DNA from: Bacteroidota bacterium
Lineage (GTDB): Bacteria; Bacteroidota; Bacteroidia; B-17B0; Aurantibacillaceae
Direction: 5' to 3'
Assembly (NCBI GenBank): GCA_040387555.1
Contig: JAZKDO010000009.1
Coordinates: forward strand, 17,191-81,190
DNA: 64,000 nt
The position numbers were made by a program, and so were the translations under genes. The notes under the pieces were generated by a model, which did no database searches, was not told where the DNA came from, and saw only the letters and a list, made by a program, of their open reading frames with translations. Positions 39,457 through 49,282 of the stretch are shown in pieces. Numbering within the stretch: the stretch's first letter is position 1; every line of letters starts with the position of its first letter.

Positions 39457-41688
39457 ATGAAAAACAACCTTTTATTAATACTTCTATTTTGGGTTTATTC
39501 TGTTTCCTCACAAGATTCTTCCAGAATTTTTAGCCTGATTGAGAAGAGCCGGGGATTTCTTCAAAAAAACGAAACAAATAAGGCTTTACAAACCGCCCGT
39601 CAGTCACTGGCTTTTAGTTATAAAACTTCTAATTATAAAGGAATCTCTTCTGCAGCCAACCAACTGGCCTATATTTTTGAAAGTAACAGTAATTATGATA
39701 GTGCCAATTTTTACCTCGATATAAGCATCACTGTTGCCGAAAAGTACCATCTTAAAAATGAGCTTGCGGTTGCGAATAATTTATCAGGACTGGTTTTATG
39801 GCATCAAAGCAGGTACAAAGAAGCTTTGCCGCATCATGCTGAAAGCCTTGAATTATTTCGTGAAACCAAAAACGAAAAAGGTTTGGCTGACACCTATGCG
39901 AAAACAGGAAATGTTTATTATGATCTGAGTGATTTTCCAAAGTCATTAGAGAATTTTCTACAGGCACTTAAAACTTACAGTAACATCAACGACAGCTCCG
40001 GCATTGCTGATGTTTGCAACTACATTGGCAAGGTTTATAATCGCCTGAATGAAAAGGAGTCTGCGAAAAAATATTTATTTAAAGCATTAAGTCTTCACCA
40101 GCGCATCCAAAATAACCGAGGCATTGCCATTTCATATAATGGATTGGGAAATGTGTTCATGGATAATCACGATTTGATCAAGGCATTGAAGTTTTTTCAA
40201 AAAAGCAAGGATTATCATTTGCTTGGCGGAGATCAGATTGGTATTTCTGTAGCTCATATTAACATCGGAACCATTTATAATATGATGTCTTCTTTGTCAG
40301 ATGATTCCTTGTCCATTGTAGCGCTTAATATTCATTACAAGTCCGTAAACTCGATTCGCAAAAGTATTCTCGATTCTGCGGAAAATTATTTCCAGGCTTC
40401 TATCGTTATTAATAGTAAAGTTGGAAATCAATTCGGACTTATATATGGTTATAACGGCATTGGCGATGTTTATGTTAAAGAACAACAATATAAGAAAGCA
40501 ATTTTGCAATTTCAAAGAGCTTATTCCATTTCTAAATTCCTGAAAGCTACCAGCGAGCAATATGAATCCGCTATGCGACTTGCAAGTGGTTATGAATTTA
40601 TGAATAATAAAGACAGCGCTTATTTTTACTTAAAAACCTATACTCATTTAAAAGAAGAGGTGATTGGAGAAGAGAGGCAAAGAGAATTGTTTAAGAAAGA
40701 AAGTCAGTATGAGTATGATAAACAGTTAGAGAAGCAAAAATTAATGAAGGAGGCGAGAGAAGCTATTGTGGCTGAAAAAGAAAAACGTCAGATGCTCATC
40801 ATTGTAGGAATTATAATTGTTTTGTTAATCGTGGTTTATTTTGCTGTTGTTTTAAATAAAAGGCTCAGAACAACCCGTCAGCAAAAGCAGGTAATTGAGC
40901 AACAAAAATTTAGTTTAGAACAAAAGAATAAAGAAATTATTGACAGTATAACATACGCTAAAAGAATCCAGGATGCAATGCTGACTTCAAGTACTTACAT
41001 TGAAGAAGAGATTAAAAAATTAAATGCAGAAAGTTTTATTGTGTTTAAGCCGAAAGATATTGTGAGTGGTGATTTTTATTGGTTTCATGTGGATGGTAAG
41101 GTTCTTTATTATATGACAGCCGATAGCACTGGTCATGGTGTTCCGGGAGGATTTATGAGCATGCTTGGGATTAATTTATTAAGTGAAATAGTTATTGAAC
41201 GAAAAATTAAAGATCCCGGTACAGTTTTGAATCAGTTGAGAGAGGAAATTATCCGCTCTTTAAAAACGGATGAAGGCTATTCTATGGATGGAATGGATTG
41301 TACCTTTTGCCGAATTGATACTGAAAAACAAATTCTTGAATATGCCTCTGCCAATAACTCCCTTTATCTGATCCGTAATGGGGAATTATCTGATTATAAA
41401 CCACAAAAAATGCCAGTGGGTTATATGGAAAATGCAGTGCCCTTTAAAACATTTGTAATTGATCTTCATAAAGGAGATATGATTTATACATTTACAGATG
41501 GATATGCCGATCAGTTTGGTGGTGAGAAAGGTAAGAAATTTAAATACAGTCATTTAAAAAATAAATTAGGTTCTATTTGCAGCCTGCCTTTAAAAGAACA
41601 ACAAACAAATCTGGATTCAACTTTCGAAATTTGGAAAGGTGCGTTGGAACAGGTAGACGATGTGTGTATAGTGGGAGTTCGAATTTAA
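39457..41688 (+). CDS. TPR - coiled coil - TM - PP2C/SpoIIE phosphatase sensor protein
   Basis: Signal/TM segment, ~8 TPRs, the TM helix IIVGIIIVLLIVVYFAVVL, then a PP2C domain (SGDFYWF, ADSTGHGVPG, TDGYADQFGG). Confidence 0.75.
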   Translation: MKNNLLLILLFWVYSVSSQDSSRIFSLIEKSRGFLQKNETNKALQTARQSLAFSYKTSNYKGISSAANQLAYIFESNSNYDSANFYLDISITVAEKYHLKNELAVANNLSGLVLWHQSRYKEALPHHAESLELFRETKNEKGLADTYAKTGNVYYDLSDFPKSLENFLQALKTYSNINDSSGIADVCNYIGKVYNRLNEKESAKKYLFKALSLHQRIQNNRGIAISYNGLGNVFMDNHDLIKALKFFQKSKDYHLLGGDQIGISVAHINIGTIYNMMSSLSDDSLSIVALNIHYKSVNSIRKSILDSAENYFQASIVINSKVGNQFGLIYGYNGIGDVYVKEQQYKKAILQFQRAYSISKFLKATSEQYESAMRLASGYEFMNNKDSAYFYLKTYTHLKEEVIGEERQRELFKKESQYEYDKQLEKQKLMKEAREAIVAEKEKRQMLIIVGIIIVLLIVVYFAVVLNKRLRTTRQQKQVIEQQKFSLEQKNKEIIDSITYAKRIQDAMLTSSTYIEEEIKKLNAESFIVFKPKDIVSGDFYWFHVDGKVLYYMTADSTGHGVPGGFMSMLGINLLSEIVIERKIKDPGTVLNQLREEIIRSLKTDEGYSMDGMDCTFCRIDTEKQILEYASANNSLYLIRNGELSDYKPQKMPVGYMENAVPFKTFVIDLHKGDMIYTFTDGYADQFGGEKGKKFKYSHLKNKLGSICSLPLKEQQTNLDSTFEIWKGALEQVDDVCIVGVRI

Positions 41689-41766
41689 AGAAAGTGCAGG
41701 AATGACTCTATCAATTCTTGGGTTATGATTTCTTTTTTTGTATTTTTAATTTATAAATTTTTATAT

Positions 41767-43854
41767 ATGAAGCGAATTTTACCTTTCCTGTTTTCGGTTA
41801 TAACTTTTCAGCTGGCAAATGCTCAAAATCCATTGCATTGCGGTGCAGACGAGATGCGTATCAATACATTAAAGCAATATCCTGAAATTGCAAAAGCAGT
41901 GATTGCAAAGGACATTGAATTGGAAAATTTTACTAAACATTTCAATCCGAATTTAAATAAAACTGCTACTGCTACATATGTGATTCCTGTTGTATTTCAT
42001 GTCATTCATAATTACGGAGTGGAAAATATTTCAGATGCACAGATTAAAGATGGATTAACGATTGTGAATAAAACATTTAATAAAACCCATCCCAATACTG
42101 CCACTATTAATGCAGCTTTTCAAAGTATTCACGCTGATTGCGACATTGAATTTCAATTAGCAACAAAAGATCCAAATGGAAATTGTCACAGCGGTATAAA
42201 TCGCGTGGCTTCATCCTTAACTACTTCTGGTGATCATCGCATTAAGAGTTTAATTCATTGGCCACCAACACAATATTTAAATGTGTACATCGTGGCTAAT
42301 GCCGCAGGATTAGCAGGCCATGCTATCTGGCCCAGTGATGCTGATACGATGCCCTCCTGGGATGGGATCGTTTTATCACATAATTATGTTGGAACTTTTG
42401 GTACGTCTAATTTAACTCAATCAGTTGCTTTTGCCCATGAATGTGGCCATTATCTGAATCTGCATCATATCTGGGGAGGCAATAACGTTCCTAATTTTTA
42501 CTTTTATCCATGTGCTGACCCTAATAAAGATTGTAATATCGATGATCTGGTAGCTGATACACCTCCAACTATAGGTTGGCAATCCTGCAATATTAATGGT
42601 GCATCATGCGGTAATGTTGTCGATAATGTTCAAAACGCGATGGATTATAGTTATTGTAACATTATGTTCACAGAGGGTCAAAAAACCAGAATGCAGGCAT
42701 GTTTAAATTCGGGAATCGCCGGAAGAAATAATTTATGGCAGCCAGCTAATTTAATGGCTACTGGTGTAAGTATACCAGGTACATTGTGCAAGGCAAATTT
42801 TGTCAGCAACAAGACGATGGTATGTCCGAGTGCTGCGGCAGTGACATTTACTAATACCTCTTATAACGGAGCATTTACATCTATTGAATGGAACTTTCCA
42901 GGCGGTACTCCTTCTGTTTCGGCAGTATCAAATCCAACAATTACTTATTCAACTCAGGGTTCATATAATGTCACTTTAAAAGTGAAAAATGGAAATGATT
43001 CTGTTACTGTAACCAAGCAAAATTATATTCATGTTCAGTCTAATACAGGTAGCGCATATCCATACTCAGAAAGTTTTGAAACGGTTACTTCTTTAAATGG
43101 AAATGAATGGTTTGCTAATAACCTTGATACAGCCAACACCTGGCAATTAACTAATCTGGCAGCCGCAACAGGTAGTACTAGTGTTATGTTGGATAATTTT
43201 AATAATACCATCAATGGACGAGATGAATTATACAGTCGTGCTATTAATTTAGCTGGTGCTTCAGCTGTATTCCTTAGTTTTAAATATGCGTTCGCCAGAA
43301 AAGATACAAGTAATAGAGATCAACTTATAGTTTATTCTGTAAGCGCTTGCGGTAGTACTTCTCTTGTAAAATTCAACGCTATTGGGTCGTCTCTGGAAAC
43401 TGTTACGCCTACTTCTTCTCCTTATTTTCCTGCTAATGCCGCAGACTGGAGATTTGTTAGCAGTAATATACTTCCATTACAATTAACAACAGGATTTCGT
43501 TTAAAATTTATATTCAATCAAAAAGGTGGTAATAATATTTTCATTGATGACATAAATATTGATATTGCAACGGACACTAAAGATATCACAGAAACCATTG
43601 ATATATTAAGTATTTTTCCTAATCCTTCAACCGATCATTGTTCGGTTAATTTTAAATTGAGTCAAACCAAAACATTATTATTTTCCATATTTAATGTCTT
43701 AGGTGATAAGGTATATTCGCTTCAAAAAAACATTTATGAAGAAGGTTTAAATGAAATAAAAGTAAATACTTCAAATCTTGCTAATGGAATATATACCATG
43801 CAGCTTCATGATGGAACCCGTGCCATTAATAAATCCTTAGTGATCAGTAAATAA
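41767..43854 (+). CDS. Secreted M43 (pappalysin/cytophagalysin-type) zinc metalloprotease with PKD domain and T9SS type A CTD
   Basis: ATG at 41767 gives MKRILPFLFSVITFQLANAQ. HECGHYLNLHHIWG zinc motif, a PKD-like FTNTS...YNVTLKV segment, and the CTD FPNPSTDH...NGIYTMQL. Confidence 0.75.
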   Translation: MKRILPFLFSVITFQLANAQNPLHCGADEMRINTLKQYPEIAKAVIAKDIELENFTKHFNPNLNKTATATYVIPVVFHVIHNYGVENISDAQIKDGLTIVNKTFNKTHPNTATINAAFQSIHADCDIEFQLATKDPNGNCHSGINRVASSLTTSGDHRIKSLIHWPPTQYLNVYIVANAAGLAGHAIWPSDADTMPSWDGIVLSHNYVGTFGTSNLTQSVAFAHECGHYLNLHHIWGGNNVPNFYFYPCADPNKDCNIDDLVADTPPTIGWQSCNINGASCGNVVDNVQNAMDYSYCNIMFTEGQKTRMQACLNSGIAGRNNLWQPANLMATGVSIPGTLCKANFVSNKTMVCPSAAAVTFTNTSYNGAFTSIEWNFPGGTPSVSAVSNPTITYSTQGSYNVTLKVKNGNDSVTVTKQNYIHVQSNTGSAYPYSESFETVTSLNGNEWFANNLDTANTWQLTNLAAATGSTSVMLDNFNNTINGRDELYSRAINLAGASAVFLSFKYAFARKDTSNRDQLIVYSVSACGSTSLVKFNAIGSSLETVTPTSSPYFPANAADWRFVSSNILPLQLTTGFRLKFIFNQKGGNNIFIDDINIDIATDTKDITETIDILSIFPNPSTDHCSVNFKLSQTKTLLFSIFNVLGDKVYSLQKNIYEEGLNEIKVNTSNLANGIYTMQLHDGTRAINKSLVISK

Positions 43855-44010
43855 TCCAAAGTCATGTTGTCTCATTTCTTTTAGAGTTATTTAGACCTTA
43901 TAAGAAGTTAGGAAAATTTAATACTTTAATGGCATAAATTAATAGAAAAATAAACCTTTTGGTTAATTTTTACAATCAGTTTCTGCCAATTCCTTATTAT
44001 CTTTAACGCT

Positions 44011-46035
44011 GTGTCATTTAAACTAATATCTGAATTTCAGCCCACAGGAGATCAGCCAACTGCGATTAAACAATTAGTAGAAGGATTGAAATCCAATTCA
44101 AAACACCAGGTACTTCTAGGAGTAACGGGTTCCGGAAAAACGTTTACGGCAGCTAATGTGATCCAACAAGTTAACAAGCCAACTCTGATCTTAAGCCATA
44201 ATAAAACACTGGCGGCCCAATTGTTCAGTGAGTTTAAGCAGTTCTTTCCGGACAATGCTGTGGAATATTTTGTGAGCTACTACGATTACTACCAGCCGGA
44301 AGCTTTTTTGCCAACTACCGGAACGTATATTGAAAAAGACCTACAGATCAATGATGAGATTGAAAAATTGCGTATCAGTGCTTCTTCCGCTTTGCTGTCG
44401 GGTAGGAGGGATGTGATTGTGGTCTGTTCTGTTTCCTGTATATATGGTATTGGTAACCCAACGGATTTTAAAAAGAACATTATTGCCATTGAAGCAGGAA
44501 CGGTAATTTCCCGAAATAGGTTTTTACATTTATTGGTGGCCGCCTTATATTCAAGAACCACCGAAGAATTTAAACGCAGTACTTTCAGAGTAAAAGGTGA
44601 TACCGTCGATGTTAATTTATCATATGCTGATCATGCCGTTCGCATTAGTTTTTTTGGTGATGAAATAGAATCCATTGAAACGTTTGATCCACAATACGGA
44701 ACGATCATCGAAAAATTTCAAACTTTTTCCATCTATCCGGCCAATATATTTGTGACATCTCCTGATACTATGAAAAGTGCGATGGTACAAATCCAGGAAG
44801 ATCTGGAAAGACATAAAGCATTTTTATTATCGCAGGGAAAAGACCTGGAAGCAAAGCGAATAGAAGAGCGTGTGAATTACGATCTTGAAATGATGAGGGA
44901 ACTCGGTTATTGCAGCGGCATCGAGAATTATTCCCGTTATATGGATGGCCGTCCACCTGGCACCAGACCTTTCTGTTTGATTGATTATTTTCCGGATGAT
45001 TTTTTAATGATGATTGATGAGAGTCATGCAACTGTTCCACAAATCAGGGCTATGTTTGGTGGCGACTTATCGCGCAAACAAAACTTAGTTGAATATGGTT
45101 TTCGCTTGCCATCTGCTATGGATAATCGTCCTTTAAAATTTGAAGAGTTTGAAGATCTTACTAATCAGGTAATTTATATTTCAGCTACTCCGGCAGAATA
45201 TGAGCTGGAAAAGGCGGAGGGAATAGTAGTAGAGCAATTAGTTCGTCCTACTGGTATTTTGGATCCAATTATTGAAGTTCGTCCTAGTGGTAATCAGGTG
45301 GACGATCTGCTGGATGAAATTCACAAAGTTGTTGCGAAAGACGAGCGTATTTTAGTTACAACGCTTACTAAGCGAATGGCAGAAGAATTATCCAAATACT
45401 TAACCAAGCTTCAGATTCGGTGTCGTTATATTCATAGTGAAGTAGATACTTTAGAACGTGTGGAGATTTTGCGCCAGTTAAGGGTAGGTATGTTTGATGT
45501 ATTGATTGGAATTAATTTACTGCGAGAAGGATTGGATTTGCCCGAAGTTTCCTTAGTAGCGATTTTAGATGCTGATAAGGAAGGGTTTTTAAGAAATGTG
45601 CGGAGTCTTGTTCAAACCTCGGGTAGGGCAGCCCGTAATGTGAATGGGAAAGTGATCATGTACGCCGATAAGATTACCGATAGCATGCGTATTACGATTG
45701 AAGAAACTGACAGAAGAAGGAAGCGACAGATCGAATATAATTATAAGAATGGGATCACACCAACCCAGGCCGGTAAGAAATTGTTATTGCAGCCAAACGA
45801 TCACGGTGTAGAAGTAACAGTAGACGGTAAACTGGTGAGAACGTATATTGAGCCGGAGGAGTATAGTGTAGCCGCTGATCCGGTAGTTCAGTATATGAGT
45901 AAAGATGAATTGAAAAAACAAATCACCAAATTAAAATCAGCTATGCTGAAAGCTTCTAAAGAAATGGATTTTATGAAGGCAGCTAGTTTAAGGGATGAAA
46001 TGTTTGGTTTGGAGAAATTGATGGAAAGTAAATAG
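44011..46035 (+). CDS. uvrB: Excinuclease ABC subunit B
   Basis: GTG start, FQPTGDQP, GVTGSGKT, C-terminal UVR motif, 674 aa. Confidence 0.9.
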   Translation: MSFKLISEFQPTGDQPTAIKQLVEGLKSNSKHQVLLGVTGSGKTFTAANVIQQVNKPTLILSHNKTLAAQLFSEFKQFFPDNAVEYFVSYYDYYQPEAFLPTTGTYIEKDLQINDEIEKLRISASSALLSGRRDVIVVCSVSCIYGIGNPTDFKKNIIAIEAGTVISRNRFLHLLVAALYSRTTEEFKRSTFRVKGDTVDVNLSYADHAVRISFFGDEIESIETFDPQYGTIIEKFQTFSIYPANIFVTSPDTMKSAMVQIQEDLERHKAFLLSQGKDLEAKRIEERVNYDLEMMRELGYCSGIENYSRYMDGRPPGTRPFCLIDYFPDDFLMMIDESHATVPQIRAMFGGDLSRKQNLVEYGFRLPSAMDNRPLKFEEFEDLTNQVIYISATPAEYELEKAEGIVVEQLVRPTGILDPIIEVRPSGNQVDDLLDEIHKVVAKDERILVTTLTKRMAEELSKYLTKLQIRCRYIHSEVDTLERVEILRQLRVGMFDVLIGINLLREGLDLPEVSLVAILDADKEGFLRNVRSLVQTSGRAARNVNGKVIMYADKITDSMRITIEETDRRRKRQIEYNYKNGITPTQAGKKLLLQPNDHGVEVTVDGKLVRTYIEPEEYSVAADPVVQYMSKDELKKQITKLKSAMLKASKEMDFMKAASLRDEMFGLEKLMESK

Positions 46036-46036
46036 G

Positions 46037-46912
46037 ATGAGAATCGCCACCAACAAACTATCAGACCTCTTCGAATTTTACAAAACAGAACTATTATCTG
46101 TTTATGACGAAGAAGAATTGTATGCAATTTTCGAATTGGTCTGCGAACATTTTTTAGGTTATTCAAAAACAGACACCAGATTAAATTTTAATGGCAACCT
46201 GAATCAATCAGATGTCCTGAAAATTTATGATACGGCAAAAGCTTTAAAAACCGGCGCACCTGTGCAATACATTTTAGGGGAAGCTCATTTTTACGATTTG
46301 AAATTCAAGGTCAACTCCTCAACTTTAATTCCCCGTCCCGAAACCGAAGAATTAGTAGACTTGATAATTAAATCTCAAACACCCAATAACCAACATCCAA
46401 TATCTATTCTTGATATTGGAACAGGATCAGGTTGTATTCCGGTTACTTTAAAAAAACATTTGCCATATGCGAAATTAACCGCGGTTGATATTTCAGAAAA
46501 AGCACTTGAGGTAGCTCAATCCAACGCCATCAAAAATAAAGTAGAAGTTGAGTTCATAAAATGCGATATCCTTTCCCAATTTATCACTCATCATTCAAAA
46601 TTCAACATTATTGTAAGTAACCCTCCTTATGTTCTAAATTCAGAAGCTAAACAAATGGAAGCCAGGGTTTTGGATCACGAACCTCACGTAGCACTTTTTG
46701 TGGAAGATACAGATCCAATTATTTTTTACAAACGGATCATTGATCTTTGCAATGACCATTTAGAAGAAAATGGTTACTTGTTTTTTGAATTGAATCCCCT
46801 GTATGCGAATGAAGTAAAAAACTATGCAAATGACAGTAAAATCTTTAATTTTACCGAGATTTTAAATGATATGAGCGGCAAACAACGATTCTTAAAAATA
46901 CAAAAGAAATGA
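46037..46912 (+). CDS. prmC: Peptide chain release factor N5-glutamine methyltransferase
   Basis: LIPRPETE, GTGSGCI and NPPY motifs. Confidence 0.8.
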   Translation: MRIATNKLSDLFEFYKTELLSVYDEEELYAIFELVCEHFLGYSKTDTRLNFNGNLNQSDVLKIYDTAKALKTGAPVQYILGEAHFYDLKFKVNSSTLIPRPETEELVDLIIKSQTPNNQHPISILDIGTGSGCIPVTLKKHLPYAKLTAVDISEKALEVAQSNAIKNKVEVEFIKCDILSQFITHHSKFNIIVSNPPYVLNSEAKQMEARVLDHEPHVALFVEDTDPIIFYKRIIDLCNDHLEENGYLFFELNPLYANEVKNYANDSKIFNFTEILNDMSGKQRFLKIQKK

Positions 46913-47694
46913 AATATTTAGTTATTCTATTAACTTTTTTATCATCAATTCTATTTTCTCAAGAGAAGATTCAAAAGGAGGTTGACAAGCCCGCTCAACC
47001 TGTTGGTGGAAAATTAGATGTAGATTATGTATTCGAGTCACAGGTTATTTATCCTGTAAATTTATTAAAGAAAAAAGCCAGTGCTGATGTGGCTATATAT
47101 TTTACAGTGTTAGCTGACGGTTCTGTCAAAGACATTGAATTCAAAAATGATTACAAGGAAGAATTTAAAAACGAAGCTAAACGTCTTTTACGGTATTTTA
47201 TTTTTACACCGTCTACCATTGGTAATGTGAGTGTGGCCTCGCAAAGTTTTTTAGTATTTAAATTTAATCCTGATACCTATAAAAAATATACGAAGAAAAG
47301 AGGATTTGTCATTCACAAGGAGCGTGCTTCTTTTGACACAAGTTTTGTTGTATATAAAATGGCTGATTCTTCTCCTGAATATTACAAAGGTGAGGAAGCC
47401 CTGGGTGAATTTATTCTGTCGAATTTAGAATACCCGGATCTGGCTATTCGGCAGAATTTGCAAGGCACCGTTATCATGAGTTTTATTGTAGAGCCTAATG
47501 GCACTTTAAGTAATCTGGTTGCTGAAAAAGAATTCAATCACTTTTGCACCCAGGAAGCTCTTCGCATTATGCGGGAAACCAAATGGAAACCGGGTAAAAA
47601 AGACGGTAAAGCTATCCGTTATAGAACTAAATATCCTATTGTATTCAGTTTAAAAAATATTAATAAAGACAATGCAACCAGCGAGCAGCGCTAG
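46909..47694 (+). CDS. TonB C-terminal-domain protein (two TonB_C-like modules)
   Basis: DKPAQPVGG and a C-terminal ...NLQGTVIMSFIVEPNGTLSN motif. ATGA overlap with prmC. Confidence 0.6.
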   Translation: MKYLVILLTFLSSILFSQEKIQKEVDKPAQPVGGKLDVDYVFESQVIYPVNLLKKKASADVAIYFTVLADGSVKDIEFKNDYKEEFKNEAKRLLRYFIFTPSTIGNVSVASQSFLVFKFNPDTYKKYTKKRGFVIHKERASFDTSFVVYKMADSSPEYYKGEEALGEFILSNLEYPDLAIRQNLQGTVIMSFIVEPNGTLSNLVAEKEFNHFCTQEALRIMRETKWKPGKKDGKAIRYRTKYPIVFSLKNINKDNATSEQR

Positions 47695-47712
47695 TATAAA
47701 ACAGTAAAAAAA

Positions 47713-49200
47713 ATGAATTATTCAATCCACCCCGAAAAGAGAATTACTATAAGTGACGTTCAACATATTTTAGAATCGAATGTTACATTGGTGCTTTCCG
47801 ATAAAGCCAAACAAAATATTGTGGCGTGTCGCGAGTATCTTGATAAAAAAATGGCTTCTCAAAAAGAGCCCATCTATGGCATTAATACAGGTTTTGGTTC
47901 TTTGTGTAATGTGATCATCCCGGATAGTGAACTTGAACAATTACAAACGAATTTGGTAATGTCTCATGCGTGCGGGATGGGTGATGAAGTGCCTTTGGAA
48001 ATTGTGCGCTTAATGTTATTATTAAAGATTCAGTCATTGTCTTATGGTAAAAGCGCTGTACAGTTAAAAACTGTTGAGCGACTGATAGATCTTTATAATT
48101 TAAAAGTTTATCCTATCATCTATCAGCAAGGTTCTTTAGGTGCGTCAGGTGACTTATCGCCTTTAGCACATTTGTCTTTGCCGTTATTGGGAATGGGAGA
48201 AGTGAATTATCAGGGAAATAAATACCCGGCTGCTGCGGTTTTAAAACAGTTAGGATTGGAGCCTATTACGTTGAAATCGAAAGAAGGATTGGCCTTATTA
48301 AACGGCACTCAATTTATGAGTGCATATGGCGTATGGTGTTTAATAAAGTCAAATAGGCTGAACGCATTGGCAGATTTCATTGGAGCTATTTCGTTGGATG
48401 GTTTTGATGGAAGAAGTGAGCCTTTTAAAGATAATATTCACATCATCCGTCCTCATAATGGTCAGTTACAAACGGCCAGGGCCATTCTGGAAAATCTAAA
48501 AGGCAGTGAAATATTAGCACAGAAAAAAGTACAGGTGCAGGATCCGTATTCTTTTCGCTGTATTCCCCAGGTTCATGGTGCAACTAAAGATGCGACAGTG
48601 TATGTAAATTCAGTTTTTGAAACCGAGATCAATTCAGTAACAGATAACCCAACAGTATTCCCGGAAGACGATGAAATTATCAGTGGAGGAAATTTTCATG
48701 GACAACCATTGGCTATCAGCCTTGATTTTTTAGCAATCGCTATTGCGGAATTAGGAAGCATTTCGGAAAGACGAGTGTATCAGTTAATATCGGGGATCCG
48801 TAATTTACCGGCTTTTTTAGTAGCTAAACCAGGACTGAATTCAGGTTTCATGATTCCTCAATATACTGCGGCAAGCATCGTTAGTCAGAACAAACAATTA
48901 TGTACTCCGGCCAGTATTGATAGTATTGTTTCCAGTAATGGCCAGGAAGATCACGTAAGTATGGGAGCTAATGCAGCAACTAAATGTTATAAAGTGATTG
49001 AAAATGTAGAAAAACTAATGGCTATTGAATTATTAAATGCATCGCAAGCAATTGAATTCAGAAGACCATTACAATCATCACCAAAAATCGAGAAAGTGTT
49101 GGCAGATTTTAGAAAATTAATTCCCTTTATTAAAGATGACAAAATCATGTACCAGGAAATGGAAGCGACTTTACAATTTGTAAAAACATTAACCATCTAA
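47713..49200 (+). CDS. hutH: Histidine ammonia-lyase (aromatic amino acid lyase family)
   Basis: GSLGASGDL MIO-forming motif, 495 aa. No hutU or hutI adjacent. Confidence 0.8.
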   Translation: MNYSIHPEKRITISDVQHILESNVTLVLSDKAKQNIVACREYLDKKMASQKEPIYGINTGFGSLCNVIIPDSELEQLQTNLVMSHACGMGDEVPLEIVRLMLLLKIQSLSYGKSAVQLKTVERLIDLYNLKVYPIIYQQGSLGASGDLSPLAHLSLPLLGMGEVNYQGNKYPAAAVLKQLGLEPITLKSKEGLALLNGTQFMSAYGVWCLIKSNRLNALADFIGAISLDGFDGRSEPFKDNIHIIRPHNGQLQTARAILENLKGSEILAQKKVQVQDPYSFRCIPQVHGATKDATVYVNSVFETEINSVTDNPTVFPEDDEIISGGNFHGQPLAISLDFLAIAIAELGSISERRVYQLISGIRNLPAFLVAKPGLNSGFMIPQYTAASIVSQNKQLCTPASIDSIVSSNGQEDHVSMGANAATKCYKVIENVEKLMAIELLNASQAIEFRRPLQSSPKIEKVLADFRKLIPFIKDDKIMYQEMEATLQFVKTLTI

Positions 49201-49206
49201 AAAATT

Positions 49207-49272
49207 TGTCAGTTCGATCGGAGTCAATTGTCATTTCAAGCGAAGTCACCTGTCAGTTCGATCCGAGTCGAT
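49207..49272 (+). repeat. Three head-to-tail 22-nt repeats
   Basis: tgtcagttcgatcggagtcaat / tgtcatttcaagcgaagtcacc / tgtcagttcgatccgagtcgat, in perfect 22-nt register in the hutH-downstream intergenic region. Confidence 0.75.
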
Positions 49273-49282
49273 AACAACCTAT

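Noticed and set aside
47713-49200. hutH without hutU or hutI, as a possible phenylalanine/tyrosine ammonia-lyase or aminomutase in a biosynthetic cluster
   Set aside because: The neighbours (a TonB-like protein, ppa and prmC) give no biosynthetic context. The sequence has an ordinary HAL-like ASG motif region, and nothing supports a special role.
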